Shown: positions 24,079 to 36,173 of the stretch, piece by piece
How positions within the stretch are numbered: the first letter of the stretch is position 1
Layout: each line of letters opens with the position of its first letter
Program-made: the position numbers and the translations under genes
From: Basidiobolus meristosporus CBS 931.73
Lineage: Eukaryota; Fungi; Basidiobolomycota
Length of the DNA stretch: 64,000 bases
Direction: 5' to 3'
NCBI GenBank assembly: GCA_002104905.1
Contig: MCFE01000018.1
Location: forward strand, 124,001 to 188,000
The notes under the pieces: generated by a model
Seen by the model: the letters and a program-made list of their open reading frames with translations, nothing else
What the model was told of the DNA's origin: nothing
The model's database searches: none

Positions 24079-25148
24079 ATGAGATTCATCTCGAAGTTGA
24101 AGTATCTCTGCTACGCAGCATCCCTGTTGTTAATATTTGTCGCAACCTCGATATCCTTCATCAGGTTTCTTCCAGGAGAGAACATCCAGCTCTACCAGCA
24201 CGTCAGGTATTTACACGACCCATATAGCCACCTCCGGTACGTTGGCTAACTTTTTGATGGGTGCAGACCGAGGAAGCAGTTGGTAATATTCCTCCTCACT
24301 TCCACGAAAACACTACCAACCAGGGGTAGGGATGTGTCCTTGACCTGGGGTAGGCGGGCGAAGGACTATCGGGAGTTGGGTAGCATCGTGTCGCCTGTAG
24401 ACGTGGTGTTTTCGGAGTCGGCGGACACTTCGGAATACGGGATATCCCACCTTCCCGTCCCCGATGTGAGTTATGACGATTTGTACAAGAAGACGTTTTC
24501 AACATTCCACTATCTGTATAAGCATCATCTGAATGACTACGAATGGTTTATGAAGGTCGGTGATTGGGAGATTTACATCGATGCTAACTTGGCATTTACC
24601 GAACGGGATTTAGGCTGACGACGATACATTCATCAAGATTCGCTCTCTATTGGCCTTGCTAAACAATCCCAGTATCAATGCAAGTGAACCGCTACTCTTA
24701 GGTAGAAAGGGTGGATCATGGTGTTGGGGTGGACCAGGTAAGCGCCGCAGCTGTTGTAGAAGGTCATTCCTAGACACTCATTGCCAGTCTAGGGTATATC
24801 CTCAACCGTCGAATGCTTAGCCTCATGGGACCATACCTCCCTTATTGCAAGAAAAACAAGAGATTTCACGGCGAAGAAGATGTCATGTTTGGTGAGTGTA
24901 TGAAGTACGCACTGAGCCAAGCGCTGCCCGACTACCAAAATCCGGGGTGCCAGGCTATCCCTGGTGGGAATGGCCATGAGTTCCTGGCTCTTGGCCACAA
25001 TGATGTTCTCTGGGAACACTTCAATGAACCACAATACACATTCAGCATACCTTACAGTGATAGTTCTGAATGGTCGTTTGACAAAGCGATTGCCCTTCAC
25101 ACGGTCAGAGGCTCGATGATGTATCAGCTCAACTATCTCTATGAATAA
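24079..25148 (+). CDS. GT31 glycosyltransferase copy 3; exons 24079-24206, 24267-24555, 24614-24737, 24793-25148
   Basis: Same exon lengths, canonical YAG acceptors, motifs MKADDDTFI, CWGGPGYI and EDVMFGEC. Confidence 0.9.
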
Positions 25149-25715
25149 TCTACCCCCCCCCACATTGGGAGGATGAGTTAGCGATGTTTCCCTATGTATT
25201 TTAGCCACTAGTTCGTTAGGAAATCCCCTACTACCTCTTTGTACCATCGCACAGATGAATAATTCGGGTGTTATCATTCATGTACAATAAACTTTCATCC
25301 ATCTTGGTTTTACCAGTGTCGCAGGGTAAGAGTCTTTGGACCCGGGGTGATAGCTAAAATATGGAGAAGCAAATTTAGGAGGGTGATATTCTCTGAGCCA
25401 ATGCGTGGCACCTCGTTATTATAAAGTTTTGGAGGAGAATGGCCCCCTGGACGGATACATAATCTTTTCAAATCCATGCAACTAAATACGATAATCGCCA
25501 AACATGAATCAAACCATGCAGGTTAGGGGTTAGGCTATTGACTAGGAATTAATATTGGTACTAAGCCTTTCTAAGCCTTTCGAATTAATCATAATAATAG
25601 CAATGAATGTTAGAATACCACGCACCATCTCTACTGAAATCAACGATAAAGGTGTGTGTAGCCCGCTCCCAGCATCCAAGTAGATATATTGCATCCATAA
25701 AAATCCACTAAAACC

Positions 25716-26363
25716 ATGAATCCATTTATATCCGTTATGTATCCAGCAGGAAGAAGATTGTCACAATTGGCCAGTCACCTTTCGTCAAGCCTCCCTCCTA
25801 CCAGTGGCGAGCCAGACAAGACAAGTAAGCCAGGCAAACCCGATTTCATCAGGGTGAGGAAGCGGGAATTCTATCAGTATTTTTTGCCCATACAAACAAG
25901 GTACGTTGACTTGCTTTTGAGTTCTACGAAAGCCACCGCTCTGCAGAAGATAGCGGTTTCCCACCTTCGGATGGACAGACAACGAACAATATGGCCACAT
26001 CAACAACTCCATATTTTGCTACTACCTTAACACCGTTGTCGACACATATCTGATTCAACAGTGTAGACTAGTCCCCTTCAACCCCACCGGACCCATCGGT
26101 TTGGTGATATCTCCCTAGGCAGCCTTCCACACCCCTCTCTCCCTCCCAGTGGTGATTGAGGGAGGCCTGTCCATCATCAAAGTTGGAAACTCCAGCATTA
26201 AGTATCAGGTTGGGTTCTTTGAGCAAGGCAAGGCGAACGCCAGTGTGGCTTGTGGCTTCACTCGAGTCTTCGTGAGCCAACCAGATAGAAAACCCGTGCA
26301 AAAAAGATCCCAGAGGAGATGAGAGCGGGATTGTTGAAAATCCACGAAGAGGACACTCAATAA
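25716..26363 (+). pseudogene. Hot-dog fold (4HBT-like) acyl-CoA thioesterase pseudogene
   Basis: IQTR-W-TDNEQYGHINN motif, PIGLVIS, KVGNSSIKYQVG. Three lesions: the intron 25901-25970 acceptor reads CGG instead of CAG; in-frame TAG at 26116-26118; frameshift in the A6 run at 26300-26305 before KIPEEMRAGLLKI. Confidence 0.82.
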
Positions 26364-26590
26364 AGCACCTGGTAAAATATCTTTTGTGTTGGAAGGATTT
26401 CTTGAAGTTGATAAGGCATGAGCATACTCAGTATAACTGAGGCAGGCAAGATGTCCCCCTGAGAATAGTGGTCGTGCCTACCTTAACCGGACCCTCACTG
26501 CCGTATATATGACCCTAGTCACCGTCAATCGAGTCACATGAAACCGAGATGAGTATAAATTGGGAAGAAAATGGCGAGGATAGAGCAGCA

Positions 26591-27068
26591 ATGAGTGATT
26601 ACAACGTAACCAGAATCGTGACCACGAACGATGGTGGCTCGGCTTTTGTAGAGATGAAGATACCCTTGGACCATACGAATCCCGTAGGAAGCCTTTCGAG
26701 AACATTCACTGCTTAGGGCCTTGTGTTCCGCGAAACAGATGGTTCCCTACATCCCCCTCTCTCTGTTGGTGAACTAATCGACTAATAGCCGTTATGCTCT
26801 AGGAACATATAACCTGAACTGGCACAATGCACCCTGGTTCGCATTGCTCCCGTTAGCTACACTATATGCATCAGTGAGTTGACCCATTCCTTTTAGCAAG
26901 CAGTTCATCATCATGGTGGATGGCGCAGTAGATATCACCACCACGGATCTGGAGACCAGAAGATTTAGCACGGGTGATATCATCCCGGTGGAGGACACCG
27001 AGGGCAGAGGGCATCGCTCCAAGAATGTGGACGGCAAACGTCAAAAGAGTGTATTCATCCAGCTCTAG
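26591..27068 (+). pseudogene. Small cupin-fold protein gene with one in-frame TAG (26714-26716); introns 26742-26802 and 26837-26896; not called in the ORF track
   Basis: Spliced product: MSDYNVTRIVTTNDGGSAFVEMKIPL..SLSRTFTA*GLVFRETDGTYNLNWHNAPCKQFIIMVDGAVDITTTDLETRRFSTGDIIPVEDTEGRGHRSKNVDGKRQKSVFIQL. WHxAPxxQ and EDTxGxGH are cupin-type motifs. An alternative in-frame ATG lies at 26549. Confidence 0.8.
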
Positions 27069-27175
27069 TAAAGCAATAACGCAGAGTAAAGGATCAAATG
27101 GTACAGTTTATTGAGTGAATGACTACTACAAATTTCATAATATGCACATATATTAGTTACTCCCCAATACATTAA

Positions 27176-28293
27176 TTACTCAATGCACTCCACCTCCACA
27201 CAAAGGAATCTCCTCAATGGTTTGAGCTCAGAGGTTGATGTTTGCTCATGAGAGAATTCCCCCACTGAGCTGTCAGTCAAATATTGCTTGGTTGGGGTTT
27301 GCCTGCTTAGGGTCTGCCTCCGGTTAGAAATGGATGGTCTAGGTGAATCATACCGACGGAATTGGCTGTGTTCATACTTCTCCACTAAATCCAATGCACT
27401 GGTCAGGTTCTTGGGAGATTCCTAGATTTCAGGATTAGGATTAACAAGGACCCATCAACAATCAAGAATTTGGTTCCACTTACCCAGCTTTGGCTACCAT
27501 CCTCCCATGATACTCTATACATGATCTTCCCTGTCTGGCTGCGGGATTGCTCTGTGATCTTAACAACTTTCCCAGGTGTGGTGACGCTTTTGGTTCGTTT
27601 GGCCCTAGGTGTGATGAATCCTGATTTCTTTGTGGGTGTAACCTCAACGATTACCGAGGGGGCCTTCTGGCGTTTACGGGGGGATTTGTTGGAGACCTCG
27701 ACCTCAACCTCAACCAACTGGTGTGGTTTATCCGACACACCGTGGTTGACTTCATGTGATAAGGATAATTCGCCTTTAGAAGTAAACTGAGAGGGTATGA
27801 TGGATTTGCCCTTGGAAACCACCGGTATCTCCACCACAGCCGAATCACTTATCCCAGAGGTTTTCCTCGTGGGGTTCTCTCGGACTACACGACTATCGGG
27901 GCTCACTTGGGACTCTGAACAAATGGCGGGCTCGTGTGTGGTCATAGAGGTTTGAACGGCTTTACCGCCGTTCAACAGTTGTACTGACCAAATTAGCAAC
28001 TGACTCTGCAACTTAGGATTGGTGGAGTTGACTTGGTTCAGCCGCTCTAGTAAGGTTTGAAACTCTTCTTTATTTGGGACGTCTCTTTGGATACGCTCAC
28101 GTAACCGTCGCTTGAGTTGCTTCAACACTATATCAGATTCTGGCGGGGAAGAACAGGGGTTAAGAAAGGACTTGGAGTAAAACGGGACTCTGGTGGATTC
28201 CTTACGCTCAGTTGAGTTTGCTTGTGGAGGGAGAGTGGGAGAGACGTCTTTAGGAGCATGTCGGTTGGGCGTGTGTAATACTCTCAAGGACAT
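27176..28293 (-). CDS. Chromodomain-like protein (351 aa); exons 28293-27484 and 27421-27176
   Basis: Splicing GTAAGT..CTAAT..TAG (27483-27422) yields VVKITEQSRSQTGKIMYRVSWEDGSQSWESPKNLTSALDLVEKYE, a chromo-type pattern. The rest is low-complexity and basic. Confidence 0.7.
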
Positions 28294-31200
28294 GGACTAA
28301 GTGTACAGTAGAAGATGAGGAAAAAATCAAAGTGGCACACAATATGAAGTGGCCAATATGGACTGTAGTACCTTTATACCAGGATAAGACTCCGAAACAA
28401 GTAAACTCCAATTGGGCACATCCCTTAATGTAAAATCCCATCCTACTGCGCAATGAACAACGCGTTAATCATTGATTGCGAAAATTATGTGCAGCTATTC
28501 AATCGGGCATCCAGAAATGGAAAATCTACGCGATATTCAATTCAATCATCTTGACTGCATCGGTTCAATAGGAAGATTGGTAATGTGGATTTTTTTGCAT
28601 CATTTAGTTTATTCAACTCTCTTTATCACAATCTATTGACCCAAGTGGTATAGTGCTCCCCAGGAATTGGGGAATAGCTGGATTTGGATTGGTAGCTATT
28701 TATCTTCACTTCATGCCATTTCAGGATTTGTATGCTCCATTGATCATATGGCCTATATGTACTATGACTCATTTCACTGAGAGCTCCTTAGATCATTCCA
28801 ATATATGCTGGCCCAAAATCAGCAGACTGCTGCATTGAATATCATAAATGATATTATCTGTATGAATCACCTGAGAATATATATTCCTGGTCACTTGATG
28901 AAGATTACTAATAGGACATCAATAGTAAGCAGGAATGCATACTGACCACATGATCTCCCACTCATAGTTTCTTGGCTGATACCAAATATACCATTGGTCT
29001 TGTCCTTGCCAACTTCCCACCCTGAATGTCCAATCACAGCTCCAGTATGTGGCATGAGCTTTGAAGGCTTTTCAAGGGAATAGAGATAACTGGAAATGCA
29101 CCTTTCATTTAGGAATATATTAACTGGAATCAAATCAATTATTGGTATGGGTTTGAAAGAATGAAGCACTGCATCAGCAAAAGATGTAAGTGGCAGCATA
29201 GTTTTAGAGTTTTGGAGCTGCTACTTCACTTGAATATATCACAAATAGCTGCGATCAACTTCTAATCAGTAAGATGTAAACAGATTGAACCCATATATAT
29301 ATCTGGAACAGGGGATAAAGTGCAACAAACTATATGTATACCCCGCCCCATTTTGTGGGCGTGGATTGATCTCCATGAGGGTGGCAATCAATCCAGCCTG
29401 CTCCGATATAGCTAAGGAAGCTAGAACTACAGTCCCAAACCATCTCCATGACAGGTACCCTCCACTAGACAATCAGAATTGTCAAACGAAGGAAATCCCT
29501 CCGCAGTAACAATGGCTACCGCACTATATGAATCTCGGAAACCTTCTTAATACTAGACGATGCGTCTATGCGAATGCACGTTTTTGCAGGTTTCTCAGGC
29601 AGCCAGTTTCTAACAACACTTTCTAAACTATTCCGAGATCTCTTCACTTATATCTTGATGCGAAATTTCAGATGTTGGCTGTTCCGCGCTGAATATGGAT
29701 GGCTATACCCAACATTGGTCACCAGAATTCCCCCTTTGGCAGCACTGGTGGTACACAGCGTATGCATATTCCCTCAGCGACCAGTAGAATAAATTCCCTG
29801 TATCCTCAAGGCCCAGGCAGCCATCGAAAAAAAAACACCCCGCCCCCTATCCCCTGACAACTCTTCGATCTCGGATTCTTAAACAGAATAGGTTCTTGAA
29901 CCGCTTCATTACATGGGGTGAAATACATTGATGTTTATTATAACACGTTCCCAACACGAGGCATTCTGATTGTTCTGGTATGGCAAGTGAAATTGAATTC
30001 CGGTTGAGAATTCCGTAGGGAAAAGAAGCTACCATACCATCGCCAACTTACCGTGACCATGCTACCGCGGTCGCCCTGTACTTCGTACCACCATGGAACA
30101 TGTGGTGGTGGAATCTACCACTCTCTCTGTGAAACTGTGACACAGGAATTACGTATTCCTCATTGCGAGAAGATTCTCGGAGTGATTTACTGCTCACCTC
30201 CACAACATCGTGGGTCCTCATGATGACCTGTTCTGGGAGCCATATCCGGAAGGAGTATTGAGGATGGCCGCATATATGTCCAACTCATTCCAGGCGGCCA
30301 TTTCTATATTGAAGCAGAATTCACAGGTGGCATGTGCTTTAGGGGAACATTACATGCCACTGATTAACTATTACTAATCGGTAATCATACAACTTGGGGT
30401 TAGGATTAGTGAGTGCTGTGTGGAGGGGAGAGGTTGGGAAGATGTAGGCAGGCTAAAAGCTTAAAAATCAGAAAGACAAAATGTTCCCACAGATATTCAA
30501 TCACGTAGTCAAGGAAAGGCAACTCAAGCTACACCGCTACATGATGCCATTGGCGACAAGCTCTGGAAACGCTGTTTCAAATTCATTTAAGTGATTAGAT
30601 AACAAACACCCAATCAACTCCATGAAGGCCATAGATACCTCTCAGTAACGATTCGAGATTTATAAGCCTCTAATATCCACTCGGTTGCATGAAATGCTGA
30701 CTACCTTGATCATATAAATATACACCAACTGACACGGTATTGTCAATGTTGCAAGAGTCCAAATAAATCATTTGTCACCAGGTAAGCTGGTTCTATTGCG
30801 GGATAGGGGTCACGATAATCTTTGAAGAGGATGGGGCGTGCTTTGATCTCCATGCTGAGGTCACAGACCATGCTACGCTCGGATATACGAGATACGTATG
30901 CCCACCATTGAAATCGGTAATTTGTTTACTTCCAGGTCAACCAATCCCGGAATCCTCGACACTACGTAAACGGGGATGAATTTATGAGGATTGAATGGAT
31001 TCTCCATTTTATAAAGGCCGTCTAAATGTTCCCAAATTTATCCTAATGAGGGATTCGTCATCTTTTTTCTCATCCATTTTTTTATATTGAATCTTTAATT
31101 CAGTCTCTAGATGGGTTCTATTAAAGCGACGAGTGAGCTCCTGGCTGACTATCTTTCATCTAGCAGTTTATAGATCGGCTGCCCCGATTGCTTATATATC

Positions 31201-31342
31201 TGCCAGTCGCTTTGGGTGGTGAAGGTTCATTTGGCTTTATTTCTTTGGCTCAGATATTTCGTGTTGAGCGCGGTCACCTTCTCGACCGCCTTTCACTCCT
31301 CTATACTTACTACGCATTACCATTTAACTTGCATCTTTAAAC

Positions 31343-32314
31343 ATGGCATCTCGAGCCATTGAGAAGCAATCGAAGAGAACGACCCCTTACACTACCTCTC
31401 GTCGCAAACGTTCGCTCAAGAGCCCTCGCGTCGCCTATCAAGACGGCACCAAAAGAAATGTTCCCCAACGTGTCACTCCCGATAGCACTGAATCCAAGAG
31501 CTCGCGAGTGTTGACTCCACGCGAACAAGTCCTGGAGGCATATGCCAACGTATATATTCCGACAGCAGACCACATACAGACGCCAGTGTTAAAGAAGCTA
31601 TTCGAATTCAAGAATATTTTGAGCCTTTCGTCGCAGCTCGTCACCGTAACTGCTGGACTGATTCAAACGCAGTGGGAGTCCTCGGAGCAGTCGACCCAAA
31701 ATGTTCCTGAGCAAGGGCAGTCGGGACGTGCCAAGTATCTTATCGGCTACATCTCAAACATCCTGGCCAGATCTTCAATGCTGCAGTCTAACACTGCTAC
31801 CACACCACTTCCATCGTTCTCAGCCATTGCGTTGATCTTCGCATTGATTTATGTTGAAAGATTGAAGAGATTGCATCCTAATGCGCGTGGAGAAGCAGGA
31901 TGTGGTCACCGACTATTTCTGGTGTCTTATATGGTTGCTTCCAAGTATCTCCAAGGGCATCTCCAGGCTAGGAGCAACCGCTCCCAACCAAATCACCCTA
32001 ACTCTCAGGTACCTGACGCTGGGGGGCCTGTTTCAGAGGAGCCTATGCCACTTGGATCGCCATCGGTATTGCCGTCCATCATTCTACCTAACGAGCAGTG
32101 GGCACGCATGAGTGGTGTCTTCTCCACACCGGAATTAACCAGAATGGAGCTGGAGCTGCTGGCCTTCCTACAGTTTGACCTACACGTGTCTTACGAAGAC
32201 TTCCTCTACCACTGGACAAAATACATGGACATCAACCAGCTTGTCCCAAATCAGCACCCTATTGGCGTCAGCGTTGAAGAATCCGATGACGAGGGGGTGG
32301 TCCCAGAGTTTTGA
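31343..32314 (+). CDS. Pho85-type (PCL/Pho80 family) cyclin
   Basis: Cyclin box: ALIYVERLK..GCGHRLFLVSYMVASKY..N.QWARMSGVFS..ELTRMELELLAFLQFDLHVS. Confidence 0.88.
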   Translation: MASRAIEKQSKRTTPYTTSRRKRSLKSPRVAYQDGTKRNVPQRVTPDSTESKSSRVLTPREQVLEAYANVYIPTADHIQTPVLKKLFEFKNILSLSSQLVTVTAGLIQTQWESSEQSTQNVPEQGQSGRAKYLIGYISNILARSSMLQSNTATTPLPSFSAIALIFALIYVERLKRLHPNARGEAGCGHRLFLVSYMVASKYLQGHLQARSNRSQPNHPNSQVPDAGGPVSEEPMPLGSPSVLPSIILPNEQWARMSGVFSTPELTRMELELLAFLQFDLHVSYEDFLYHWTKYMDINQLVPNQHPIGVSVEESDDEGVVPEF

Positions 32315-33261
32315 GAAAGTTGTGTGAAATTTTGCCGATTGAAAATTTTTCTCTGTATGTATTTTATCCGGTATCTTCCTCTGAAATGGGCGATGTGTGC
32401 TACTTGGCCCGTTTGCCACTATCTCCCATCTGTAACATAGTGCATATTCCTAGATGATGTGGCTGGCTATTGGTAGCCCCACCTGATGTATATTTGCTTG
32501 TTGGAAATATTCAACAAAGCGTTGTTATTAAAAATTGACGAAGCATTGCCGTTCATTGCGTGGATTGATCTCAACGATTTCGGAAGTAACAAGTCACCTC
32601 AACACTCAAGAGGAACACGCGTAATTCTATTAGCTATCTCGTTCGAATCAGTAGTGACTCTATGACCGGGAATATCCTGGCTGGCCGCAAATTTTCCCAT
32701 TCAATCCCATTCCTGGGATTCGCAGCCAGAGGGTCACTCCTTTGTTGTCCGACCTGGCGTTCTTTCGATCTTTCTACGTGTGTTGGCTGGTCAGCGGTTT
32801 TGAGAAACCCCTTATTCTGATGGTTCTACGGAAAATTGTAATCAAGATATTGCTGGTGGCGTCACCGAAGGCGTAAACTTCATCAACCATAACCACCCTC
32901 TCGAATTTATCCATATCGCGAGCTAGGACAATGTAAACTGTTTCGACGAATCTACCTAAACCCAAACAGTTTGGCCATTCCCCAAATCGGATCAAAATCC
33001 AGATCGACAAAATCACGTGAGAGGGGGCATGAAGTATTATTAAAAAGTAAGAATATATATATATTATGGCTGCAGCAATTGGAATGCGCAGGATTTGGTT
33101 CACAGGATTTGACGGTAGTATAGATAAGAGTACAGATTAGGCGAATATTGGTTACGGCATCATGATAGGAGGTTAGGTAACTTGACAACACTATGAGGGA
33201 AGGTGGATAGTGTGGTGGAATCATGGTTCAAAATTTTACAGTTAGATTGGTTCAGCCCATA

Positions 33262-36173
33262 TCAGAGCTTCAGCTCGGTTAAAATTCGCGAGCAGACATT
33301 CTTGTATTCCCATGGATGCCCAGCTAGTCTTCGGAACCTAATCCCATGGAGGCCAGGCAGCCAAGGTATCCTGACGATGCTTATTTGGAATCTGATAGAG
33401 GCGTAATGCGGAGCTATGGATTCTTCAAACTCATTCTCCGTTTCGCCATGCGTCGAGAGGGGCTCTTTGAGCGAAGTCTCAAGTTTAGCTGGCTTGGATT
33501 CCATTTCGTATTTCAGTTGGCTGGTTTCGCCTTGTTTATCAAAACTCGACTCAGAAGTAGAGGTCTCAGCTATCTTTTGAAGTGCTTGAAATTCGTCGGA
33601 CTTGGAGGTAGCTGCAGAAGAGCTGGTGTTATCCGAAAGTCTAGTTAGACCATTGTGGGCATCTTCAAGGGTCGCCTGTAGACATTCAAAGCAGCCCGTT
33701 CCTTCTCTCCATATAATCCCTAATTTATCCAAAACTCGAATGATATCGGTTCTTAGAATGGCAGGCTTTTTGGTGCTGGTGGTCGCCACCGAGAAGAGTC
33801 CTTTCAGAAACACCGGTTTGATATATAGGTCAGCATCCCTCTTTTTGGATGAAGGATTGAGGTTGGCGGGAGTACGGGTGGGGCCATACTCTTCTTGCTC
33901 GATAATTCTTGGGTGGCTTTGGGTTGGAGAGCGGTTGAATCGAAGAAAGGGTGGTCGGCTGCGTGATTGTCTTTTGTTGCTTGACGCAGCTCTAAAATTA
34001 GGGCTTCGTTCTTCATTCGATCTACGCCTTGCGCTGGGAAGGCCGGGTTCTTTGAGGCTGGTTGCTCGTGATATAAAGCTACTCAGCTTATTGCTAAGAT
34101 GTTCACGACCTGAGCTTCTCCTACTGAATTGGCGTTCGGGTCTGGAAGTCGTCTCTCTATCCGGTGTGATTCGAGATGTAGGTGCCAGGTGGTCGTTTAC
34201 GCTGTCCAGGTTATGGCCGTCATCGTCTGAAAGTAGTTGATGTTGGTGATGTTTCTGGTGGCTGCCACGTCTACCGGATTTAATCGCTTGACTAATACGT
34301 CTGAATACACCACTGGCCGAGGTTGTACTTTTATTTCTTCTATGTTTGCTGTTCTTGGAAGTGTATTCGTTGTTGAAGCTGGTGGTGCAACCAAGTCTCT
34401 CTTCGTCACGGATGTCATTATCTCCGATTTGATAAGAAGATCCACTGGCAATACAGCCTTCAGGTATCGATTGGAGTGAGTTGGAAGACGTATTCGCGTG
34501 AGATCTCTCGTGGTCTTCTTCCATTTTTTCCTGTGCCAAGTGGTAAATGGACAGGAGGGGGTGATCAAACCCATTTTCAGAACTGTTTCCTCTCCTCAAA
34601 TATCCGCCCAATCGAGAGAATCCAGAATGATGTCCAGAGTTTGTCTTGTTCTGGTATACGTCGCTTCGGACAATGGACTCAAGCTCTTCCCGGATACGCT
34701 CCTCAGTTCCAAACTGAAATCCGGTCATCTTCCGGATCACTTCCATATTTAATGGAAGCTGTATTGGCATTCGAACGGGAAAGAAGTTGTTTGGCGGCCC
34801 GTCAAAGCCTTTGTTCATCCATGAATGTCGTATCACCTCAGTCATGGTGGCTCTTTCCACCGGATTGGTTACCAGCATCCGTGAGAGTAGGTGTCTGCAA
34901 TCTAGTGAGTTGCAACATTTGTCAGGTTTGCAAGTTCAGCATGTAATGGAAATAGAGATGGAAATGCTTAGCTATTACCGCTGCTCAGCCAGCTTGGATA
35001 CTCTACATGACCCTTCTTAATCTTGGCATGGAGGGCAGGCAAGTTTTGGTCATCAAACGGGACTTTGCCGCATAGTAAAACATACAAAACAATCCCCATG
35101 CTCCAGACATCCACTTCGGGCCCAGTGTAAACTCTTGCATGTAGAAGTTCTGGCGCAGCAAAATACAACGACCCACAGAAGGTAGACAGGTGGGATCGTG
35201 TCGAGAAGAGATTGGAAAGACCGAAATCAATCAGCTTGATGGAGCCATCTTCAGCAATCAGTATATTCTCAATCTTCAGATCTGGTTAACTATTAGTATT
35301 GTATAGGAGTGGCTTGCTAGTCAACTCTATGTTGCCTACCTCTATGAACAATGGAGTTCCTGTGGCAATAATCTGAAAGTGGAAAAGTGGTGAATTTGGA
35401 GATGTTTGATGTCAGTGACTGCTTTATGAATGTACCTAGGGCTGAGCAGATCTGTCGAGCGAAGTTTCGTGCTTGTTTTTCCTTCAACCGACCATGACTT
35501 ATAATATAGTCCAGTATCTGACCACCATTGACGTATTCAAGTATTAGATAATAATGATGATTATGTACAATCATTTCTTTCATTTTGACAATGTTCGGAT
35601 GGTCAAGTAGCGACATGATGGCTGCTTCCCGAATCACTCGAATCTCTTTGTTTTCCTCTTTTTCAATAGCTTCTGGTGTTTGTTTGTGATGGTTCTCACG
35701 ACGGTTCCTGGGAATCACTTTAATTGCCACCTATTAAGAATAGCGATATTGGTTAATGCTCCAATGCTTATTATCCTTTGGTATTACTAGTGTACCTTTT
35801 CGCCAGTGTGGATATGAACACCTAGCTTGACCTTTCCCATGCTTCCCGCGCCGAGAGTTTTGTTGAGCTGGTATTCACCGATGCAACGTCGATTCCGGAT
35901 GCCTTTCGCTGTTGGTGTAGAAACGGTTGTTTCAGTAGAGTCTTTAGTCTTTATATGCTTTACTTCAGAGTTTTTTGCAACTGTTTCATTTGGACCAAAA
36001 GGCTCATCAAATTGAACGGTCTCTGGTTCTTTGATTGAGCCCAAGCCTGGAAGGCCGCCAAGGACACTGGGGCAGGGGACGCCAGAAAGGAAACCCTCAG
36101 TTGATCCCGGCATAGGCACTTTATGAGGCATTTGGTTTGTTGGTGGTAGGAATACAGTTGTTGCAAGTGCCAC
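33262..36173 (-). CDS. KIN1: KIN1/KIN2 (MARK/PAR-1 family) Ser/Thr kinase with C-terminal KA1 domain, 882 aa; exons 36173-35796, 35730-35436, 35372-35340, 35281-34979, 34901-33262
   Basis: Spliced motifs [43 protein letters not shown]; KIN1-type [18 protein letters not shown] and the KA1 tail. Exon phases sum to a full frame. Confidence 0.95.

Noticed and set aside
26116-26716. In-frame TAG in two neighbouring genes suggested UAG reassignment or readthrough
   Set aside because: PKR1 and the cupin itself end in TAG, no intact gene in the window has an internal TAG, and the thioesterase has two additional independent lesions.
29285-30950. Short ORFs with intron-like signals that may be a decayed gene
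   Set aside because: No spliced model gave a recognisable or stop-free protein.
33346-35020. Plus-strand ORFs of up to 212 aa overlapping the kinase
   Set aside because: Antisense shadows of a well-supported gene, with no recognisable motifs.
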